Source of the DNA: Balanoglossus misakiensis
Taxonomy: Eukaryota; Animalia; Hemichordata
Reading direction: 5' to 3'
Assembly (NCBI GenBank): GCA_040954595.2
Contig: CM082591.2
Span: 7,182,047-7,246,046, forward strand
DNA: 64,000 nucleotides
Under the pieces are notes generated by a model. The model ran no database searches. It saw only the letters and a program-made list of their open reading frames with translations, and was not told the origin of the DNA. Shown one piece after another: positions 55,201 through 64,000 of the stretch; the stretch's first letter is position 1; the number at the start of each line of letters is the position of its first letter. Both the position numbers and the translations under genes were made by a program.

Positions 55201-56030
55201 TTCACCTAACAGGTCACTGGTCAGTGAGGACACTGGATGGCCAAAGTCCAAAGCCAGGGCAAAAGTTTAAAGACCCAGGCAGTATGGTGTTCCATGGTGA
55301 CAAACTGGTGGTGTGTGACCGAGGCAACAGGGTTGTACAGATACTGAATCAAGATTACACCTGTGACAAAGTCTTGGGAAGTTTTGATGGTCAGTTTGCA
55401 AAGCCATTCCAGCCACGGGATGTAGCTGTCTCCCATGACAACATCTACTACATAAATGATAATGGAAATTCTCAAATTGTTGTTTGTGATCAAAACAATA
55501 AAATTCTGAGAATAATTACTCTACCTGCAGGCGTCTATGTCTGTGGCATCGCTCTACTGAATGGATTTGTTTTGGTCACTGAGGCCGCAGGTCATCGGCT
55601 ACTCAAGTACACCCAAGATGGTCAGTATGTTGCAGAGGTTGGTGGTCGAGGTGATGGCAAAACACAATTCGATCACCCATACTCTGTGGTGGTCAACAGT
55701 AAGAATGTCATCATGGTGTCTGACTGTTTCAATGACTGCATCAAGTGTTTTGATTCTGAATTGAAATTCTTGTATCAATTTGGTGTGTATGGTTCAGGTC
55801 CTGGTCAGCTGAGGTGGCCACGCAGCATTGACGTCGATGACGACGATAATTTGTTTGTGTGTGATGCAGCGAATGCTAGGATTGTGAAATGGAGATTTGA
55901 TGGAGAGTGGATCTGTCACTTATTTGAAGGGGAGGTGAGCCTCCCTTACTTCCTTGCAGTCAGCGGTGACAGAATTGCTGTTAGAGAGTTGACCAGCGAC
56001 CAAATCAAAGTATTCTACAAGCAGACATAA
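46284..56030 (+). CDS. Copy C complete gene (~1657 aa): 3 N-terminal repeats, GT4-like domain, TRADD-N-like domain, coiled coil, short linker, NHL propeller
   Basis: Exons 46284-48831, 49231-49695, 50001-50077, 50302-50380, 50959-51222, 52090-52749, 52932-52994, 55213-56030 join into an open 4974-nt CDS. The 315-nt linker exon is deleted without changing the frame. Confidence 0.88.
51395..52015. mobile_element. Copy-C-specific intronic insertion with a terminal ~143-bp palindrome
   Basis: Absent from A and B; flanked by tgataatta on both sides; palindrome ggggttattacact...agtgtaataacccc (51395-51537); ttatcatacatgc inverted against the terminal gcatgtatgataa. Confidence 0.8.
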
Positions 56031-59000
56031 ACATCACCATGAAATGCATGTCAACACGACATCAAAAACTGTAAAATTTGGGAGAAAATTTAGAGGCCGC
56101 GTCGATAAATTTAAGATTGATCGAATGCCATGGCAAAAAAGTTCAAACTGAACCAATGTCACTTTCACAATTTTTGGAGTTATTTTCCACATTTTGAAGA
56201 AAAATTCCGAACAGAAATTAATTGTAGGTGCAGTCGCTACATGTACTGAGTGTTGACAAAATAAACTGAGGGTGTTTTGAGTAATTTTTGCAGTTTATTT
56301 TGAGGGATTTTGAGACAAGACTGTTTGAAACTGAATGCATTTCGTCAACTTGGCATGTAAACAGTCAAAAATTGGGTTCTTTTTTCCACATTTACAAAGC
56401 TCATTTTGGAAAAAAAATATTTCAGTCTACAGTCGCTTCATGTAATGAGTATAAACAATTCAAATCTGAGTAGTTTTGGAATATTTTTACTCGTGTTTTT
56501 CATGAATTTTGACATGGAGGGGTCTGAAAGTTATGATGTGCAGTCCACTTTCCATAAAATCTCCATTGCATCTGAAAGGATGAAGGCGATTCATCAATTT
56601 ATGTGTGCAAAATAATTCTAAAAACTTACCTGTAAATCGCCAGAGATATATATTGTATTGTGATCTGTAAATATTTCCATTCGATAGTCCAAAATAATTG
56701 TTATTTCAAATATATATGAAGAAAGGATGCGCGACCGGTAATCTTTTAGTTTTACCGCCATTTGTTTTGAACTGTGTTGAGGGCGCACAGTTCAATGAAC
56801 GAGGGGGGAGCTTCAACGGCAGAGGGCGCTATGACTATTTCTGCTATCAGGAATAGGAATCGATTGTGCTTCACGAACATTGACATACGGTAAAGTGTGT
56901 TTTCGTCAGCGTAAAATGTATGTATGAACTTGGAGAAATATATTCATTTGAGACATATTTTAGTCGTTATTGTAAATAATCATGTTCTCTATTTGATATT
57001 GTAAATATCGTGGTATGTTCTTGAATTTGCTAGCAAGATAAACTTTTCACAAACTTTAATAGGTAAACTTGATGAAATGGGAACTGTAGTATAAATATTC
57101 TCGTTGCCTTTTTCGCATTGTTGAACATAGCAGGTTTTTGTCAGCGTAAAAATGTACATATGGACCTGGAGAAATATATTCATTTGAGGCATATATTTTA
57201 GTATGTATTGCTCTCTAATTGATATTGTAAATATCCTGTTCTCGTTATGTTCTTGAATTTGCGATCAAGATCAAGTTTTCACAAAGGTAAACTTGATGAA
57301 ATGGTACTGCCAGATTTTCAGAACAATTTATTTTTTCTTCCTGGCCTAAGGTTGAGCTTCTATTGACGACCGACCCATATATGTACGGTCCAATATGAAA
57401 GCAGCTGTCTGTGACCAACTCCAAAATTGCGCCCCCAAACACCACCACTACGTAGGTGATTCCAAAAGACGAGTTTGTATTATTTTTTTGCCATTTCTTT
57501 ATTTTCATCTAAAAATGATCACCAAAATTGAGAATTGACAATTGTGTGCAATTTTAAAAAAGACAATAATTGTTTGTATCCATACTTTTTCTGATGATTA
57601 CTCCTGAAATTGAGAGAAGATACTTTGTAGCTGAAGGAAATATTTTCTAAAATTCTATAAATTACATATATTATAGCGTTTTGCAACTATTAGTACATTC
57701 TATATTTAAAATTAGCTTTCTGAATGTGAACATTCTAGACAAATGCATACAAATATCTGGCATAAACTCTGTAAGTTTTACACAAAGTTAGAAAAAAAAA
57801 TTATGTTTTTCATAATTCCATAATTATATCACACATTTGTGTTTTGAATTGAAATGCACAATTATCCCCAAACAAAAATGACTTTATCTAAAATAATGAG
57901 TGTTGCTCAGTTTTCTGTTTGATAACAGATTTGTGTTTGCTTAAAGCAAAACACACAGTTGATTCAGAAAGATATGTATTATTTCAATAAATGCCCAGAT
58001 TTGCAAATCTCAAAATTGGCCACCTTTTAATCAACTTGTTCTTAAAGCAATATTTTTCAAAAAGCTCACATTTTATCACAATCAATAATAAATCTATCTG
58101 AACAATTTATGCCATGCTGATGCCATACAGACTTTAATAAACATGATTGTAAATCATTTACATAATCCTAAGTCATATGTGCATACCCTAATTATCGATT
58201 TTAGTTCCGGCATGCTGGACTCATTTTTGTGTTGTCTGCTTGGAGATGACACCATGTTTTGGAAGGGCGCCCTCTATAGCAAAAAGACGTACGCAGATCA
58301 AAATGAAGCTCAACCTACAATACCAACTTCAGCTTTGAGAGGGATTTTCAAAATATCCCAGCATTACGAACCCCGACATCTGCTATGGATGTACAATCAT
58401 GACCATATGCACACTATGTAAAAGTAAATCTATCCACTGCACATCATCCCACCAACCACTAAGGATAATTTCAGCCTCTCGTCTTATAAAAGATCTATGA
58501 AAATTTTGAGAACAGATTTGGAAGACGATGATTATTTTGAAAATTGGTTGCGAAGGTTACAGTGTATTCAGTGCATTCAGCAGTTTTTAAACATACATTT
58601 CACATATCATGTCAATCTCAACATTATTATGTCTAAAATTGTCAGGGTCCTCCCCATTCTGTTTGGTGGTCAGAATTATTGTGTACTCAATGCAGTCTAT
58701 TGTCTCATTTTGACATGTTAAGGAATTGGTATGACTTGCAACAGACAATACATATTAATGAGTATGAATATTAATGAGTTGCCAGAACTCAAGTCAACCT
58801 GGTGAGAACCCTGAATTGTATTTGACATCAACTGATATTTTTCACATGATTTGTAATTTCCAAGAATTATTTTTCTTCAAGAATATACCACAGGTCGAGC
58901 ACAATTGAATGTAATTCAGCATCAAACTTCAATTGTTATCAAAATTTTATCTTTAAAACTCTTAATATGATGTCTGCTTCTCTTGAATATTTAATTGTTT

Positions 59001-60271
59001 ATAAAAAATATAGCTAAATTGCTACATTCTAGAAGACTTAATGATAAAGTTGAAATGGCTGATGTGCAATAGTCTTGTTGAACTTTATAATTGGGGACAA
59101 TTGTCTTTGTGAAAGTCATAAAACATGTTCTCTATAGGGCGACGATCATCTTATGTGCATGTGCCAAACCAGTGACAGTGGCAATTTAGTTTGTGTAAAT
59201 CACTCATCAATATCCATGACAACCTGTCAGAATAAGATGCAATATGAAATGTGACCATATTTAGAAATACATGTAACCAATGAACTCTGACATGAGACAA
59301 TGACAACTCTTTAATACCTCAGAGTTTGGACACTGTTCATCAAATACCAAAAATTTGCTGATTGTCTGACCACACAGAGAATACGCAAATCTACTTTAGC
59401 ATGAGAGCAGCCAAATGCAAGAAAAAAATTATCCTACGATCACATATCTTTAAATGTTTTGAAAAATTTAGAAAGAAAACATGATACAATAATTTGACAA
59501 ACATTTTTACCTAGTTCTGTACTCATATTTAATATGCAGGACTCTATTTCAGAAAAATATTGCATCAATACATGCTACCAGTCCACCACTACTAATCGAC
59601 ATAGAAATGCAGCATTTATTTTTGTCTATTACACATTATAAGCATCATTATTGGCACGGTTCCCCATCTTTCCATGATTTTTCGCAAGAGCACCAGTGAT
59701 GCTGAAAATAGCCAGAAGTTAATGAAACACCCAGCTGTCAGGTAAAAAAGCCTGCCATTATTGAAATTCTTCAATATCAATCACATGATCTAGCCATGTG
59801 ACCCAGGGCGTTGTCATTTCCAAGTGACGGGCAAGCAATATTTCAGTATCCAGTAAAAGTTTTTCCCGGGTATGTTTGTACATGTACTTAAAAACCGCCA
59901 GACATGTAACATATATCACCATGATCAGGCATGGTGCCTTATCAGCCTTATGGCATTTCGTCTGCACAGTTGTCATCTGCACCATGTGGCTGAATTTGCC
60001 CGTCAGCTGGAAATTTGAATGCCAACGTAACTGCGTCTGGGCGCGTCTGACGTCATTTGATATCGAAGAATAATCAAATATCAGATTGGTGGATCAATGC
60101 AAATGATGCTTTTTTATCAGCTTTAACCCTTTCACCCCTATTTCCAGTAGAAAGGTCCAGAACTGGCACAGAGAACAATGGAGTTGGACCAAACCATAGT
60201 GAACACGGCAGCATTTGTTTGTGTGCAAAACCAAAATGACGAATAAGATGACGAGAGATGTCTACAAATTT

Positions 60272-62068
60272 TCACCCATAGTCATTATGTGCATTGAGGA
60301 TGATTATCCATCCATCTTCTTCAGATCAGAAAATCCATGTGTAAGGCATTCTTGACAATGTATTCCCGATGCTATCCATCTTCTATATATCTTGGACACA
60401 GCAATTACACACCATGTACTTTTTGTGATCTCATGAAAAAATGTTCTAAAGAGTTGGCCGACTGACTTTTGTGAGTCCAATACTTTCCAGAACCTCTCTC
60501 ACTTCATCATAAGCCTCTGGTTGTTCAATGGTTGGTGGAATCTAAAATTGAATCAAAGAATTCACTCATTAGACTGTCAGATTTCTTTCAAGCTCAGGTA
60601 ACTTGATCCAACAAGCTATTTTTTGTAGGACTTGTTAACCCTTTCACCCTCAGTTCCCTATTTAGAGATCCAACTTTACTATAGGAAACAATGGGTGTGG
60701 ACTGAACCATGGTGGTGAAAGGGTTAAGAAGCTAAAAATTGGAAGGGTGCCCTCTTTATGAAAAAGGCATATTGTTAATTTTTTGCAATTTTGCGCTGTT
60801 GGAGTGATGGTTGTCCTGTAAATGCAGAAGACGGCTTGAGTACTTTTAAAATGGACAGTTGAATAAATGGGTGCCACACCTGTTTATTATTTAACTTGTT
60901 CATATTTAAATATACATGTACAGCCATAATTGACTATTGGGGATTCATTGCATTACAGGATTGCAATGAATAGAATGCACTCTATGCCAATATGAAACAC
61001 TACAAACTCACAGACATATAAAAAAAACTTTTTATATTCGCGAGTGATGACAAGCTGTGCAGAGACAGATGGACTCAAACCGACTTGAAGATAATAGACA
61101 CACACTGCCATCAATCACATTAACCCTTTCACCACCATAGTTCACTCCAAACCTATTGTTTTCAATGGTACCGTTGGACCTCTAAAGAGGGAACTGGGGG
61201 TGAAAGGGTTAAGCCCTTTGATCTCACAGCCTTGGTGACCTATACTGTAACCCTAACAGTGCCAAGTCAGTAGCAAACGGTGTCATCTTCATACACTTTC
61301 ATACCCCCTAGAGTACCAGGCATGCCATGACTATGGAGAATCTGAACATGTATCATCAGTGTATTGTGAAATATTTTGACAGCAGAGTCAACATTCAGTC
61401 GCTTCTGCTACTAATTTTTTCAGGCCAAGCTGGTCTTAAAGAGACAAAGTCGCTCTCTCACTGCCCCTTTTCCATTGTTTATGTTTGATACAAGACACTG
61501 TTTATGTTAATGTTAATGGTAGAGACCGATTTTTCATTTTGGCAAGTTTTTTTCACTCTCATGTCTACAAGCAGGATGGAAGTTGTGTGTGGTTGAAAGT
61601 TGATGCACTATATATCCACATGTAGAATAACATAAACGGTGTCTTGTATCAAACATAATTATTGGAAAGAGGGCAGTGAGAGAGAGAGAGAGACTTTGTC
61701 CCCCTAAACGTGTCCGTTGGATAGATAAATCAAGCCATTCAATCCACCCGGTCAAAATACACACATGGCAAAGAAACAAAAGATATCCAACTCGGTCAAA
61801 GTATGTCCAATGGCCCATAGAGGCAATACATATTTTATCACGTTCCATACCTGGTAGGGTTAGGGATAAAGTCCTTTTTTCAGACCACAGTTCAAATGCT
61901 ATCTCACCTTAAAAGGTTGTCCATTGGCCATCGACATCAAAGTTGACCTCGAGATCTTTCCAGATGTAGTTTTCGGCAATTTTGTCACAATGACAGCTTT
62001 CTTGAATTGATTCCCGGACAATCTGCACAACTTCATTCATTATGTTGTGGTGAGACTTGTTGACATCT
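60272..62068 (-). pseudogene. Degenerate antisense gene remnant (unit C copy of the 270-nt exon plus a candidate upstream exon at ~61907-62068)
   Basis: 60541-60272 as in units A and B. The upstream AG/GT-bounded segment reads DVNKSHHNIMNEVVQIVRESIQESCHCDKIAENYIWKDLEVNFDVDGQWTTF*. Confidence 0.4.
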
Positions 62069-63957
62069 GACAAGAAAATAAAACATGCAAGGTTTCAAAG
62101 TAGAATTTCACTTTTTCACTAATGAACTCTGACCTGGGACAGAGACCTTAGGTCCAACTAGTTTTGTGTACAATCAGTACATGCACTACCGACATTATCT
62201 GTTTTGACTATTTTTTCCAGTATTTTTTTCTGAGTATCAACCATGGTTTCTTACTCAGTTCCCAAAAGCACAGGGCGCTCGATCTCAAAAAATAAAAAAA
62301 AAAATAAAAATAAATTTGTTGTTGTTGTTGAAAATAATAATGATTGATATTAAAAAGAAATAAAAAAAATAGCGTCAAGGACACTTGGTGCTCTCTCAGC
62401 ACTCTGTAGTGGATGACGAGCAGCATGTTTGGAGAACAGTGGTTTGGTATATGGGTGAAAGGAACAATTTGCAAACACCAAGGTGAAATGCTGAACTGTT
62501 TTGCTCATGTAATATTGAATGCAGCCTGATAAGGTAGGTGCTTGGCAGAGGGAAAAAACACTTGTCAAGGGCTCTGATAACTGTTTTAAATTTAGTCTTA
62601 AAAATGGCCCGCACACACAAATGGCCTCACACAAATATATTCTGTCATTTCCCCCTCAGATTTTGTATCTTATGTTATACTGATGGAATTCATTGTGTAT
62701 AATTGTCATATCAAATTGCACCAGTGAAAGCTATGAGAAATGGGTTTTGAAAAAAAACAGTGCAAGTAGAAGTACTAGTCTAAAAGTGAAAGAAATACAT
62801 TTTGAAAAAAAAAAAAATCAGACAGCATTCAAGATCAGCTGAAGTGGTTTGATAAAAAGTTCTCCATTTTCAAGTATATACTGTCATGTGCTGACTATAG
62901 TAGTGTAGGTGTTAGCAAAAAAATACATGAATTATTCAAACAGAAAGTCACCAATATGACAATTACTGATTGAAAAGCAGACCATCTCTGGTTGGCTGGA
63001 AATAGGAACAAAATATTTGGCACAACAACATTACAGATAGTATATAAAGTTAGAAATACTTTGTATTATAATAGTCTGTCAATAAAATGACAGATAGCTT
63101 TTTTCTTTATATTGCAAAGCAATAGAAATAGTTTCAGAAATTGATGTTTGTCTTGTTGCCCTGGTTTGAAAAGCTACAAGTATAAGGTAGGCAATGATCC
63201 TTGAGACATTGTTCAAGAATTTTTATGTAAGACCTACTAATTCCAAAATTACAAGGCAAAGATTATTCCTGTACTGATCTGTTAAGATGTGTTACCATGA
63301 CAACAGTACTGTCACTAAATCCATTGAGCAGTGTAATAGGAACATTTTTATGGGTTACAAAGACCATAAATAAAGTTTAAAGTTAAATTAAAACACTAAC
63401 TTTAGCACATTACCAATGTTTTACAAAATACATTGAGGTTCAGTTGTCATGGTTACCAGTGAATAATGCTACCATCATACATTTTTTCCTAAAAATAATG
63501 GACCAAAGACTTATCCCTGAAACTCAGTTCAAGAATTGTTACGAAATGTCTACTGAGTCAAAAGTTACAAGTAAAAGATTATTTTTGAACTGATTTCTTT
63601 GAATGTGTTACCATGGCAACATCAACGATAGTATATCTATTGAATGGTTAAATAAGATAGTCTTTTATGTATATTATAATATCAAAAAGAGACAAAGTAC
63701 ATTTCCTCCTAGCTATATTGCAGAGAAAAAGAAATAGTTCAAGAAACTCATGGTTACTCTGGTTGCCATGGTTATTTGTCACTGTAAACATTGTGTAGAA
63801 AAACTACCCCTTAGTAGTTCAGTTGTCATAGCAATGATTCGTTTCTTTTGTAATATGTTTTCTCTTGTTAAAATGAACAATAAAACACTAACTCTAGCAT
63901 ATTCCTAATGCATTGAATACAGCATGTTTGACCTTTGACCTTTGTTTCACCTAATAG

Positions 63958-64000
63958 GTCACTGGTCAGTGAGGACACTGGATGGCCAAAGTCCAAAGCC
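63958..64000 (+). CDS. Start of a fourth NHL-propeller exon (GHWSVRTLDGQSPK...), truncated by the window end
   Basis: Same start as the NHL exons at 8606, 31320 and 55213, with acceptor ...ttcacctaatag. The preceding 62948-63957 is a copy of the 3' part of the last intron only. Confidence 0.65.

Noticed and set aside
20068-60760. Units B and C (and A) as uncollapsed haplotypes of one gene
   Set aside because: Three copies with distinct insertions, repeat numbers, exon content and unique spacers (including the CPTP-like gene) favour true tandem paralogs, although read-depth confirmation is still advisable.

Overview
AT-rich animal (probably marine invertebrate) genomic DNA with spliceosomal GT-AG introns; not prokaryotic. 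The window holds a tandem array of three very similar ~16-17 kb units (A: <1-~14.1 kb, B: ~20.07-36.8 kb, C: ~45.06-60.8 kb). Each carries a + strand multi-exon gene for a ~1,600-aa protein: 2-3 N-terminal ~140-aa repeats homologous to the N-lobe of the following domain, a GT-B/GT4-like glycosyltransferase domain with degenerate catalytic motifs, a probable TRADD-N-like domain, a coiled coil with 18-aa repeats, an acidic linker built from phase-1 cassette exons, and a C-terminal six-bladed NHL beta-propeller. Introns and the propeller scaffold are nearly identical between copies. Amino-acid differences cluster at the same two loop positions of every NHL blade, as expected for a diversifying ligand-recognition (innate immune or allorecognition) receptor family. 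A fourth NHL exon with only part of its upstream intron begins at the window end and could be an alternative terminal exon. A two-exon GLTP-fold (CPTP-like) gene lies on the minus strand between units B and C. The window also has a triplicated antisense pseudo-exon, two LINE fragments, many MITEs, long-hairpin non-autonomous elements and a 127-bp tandem repeat. Domain names come from recognising motifs by eye and need HMM confirmation.
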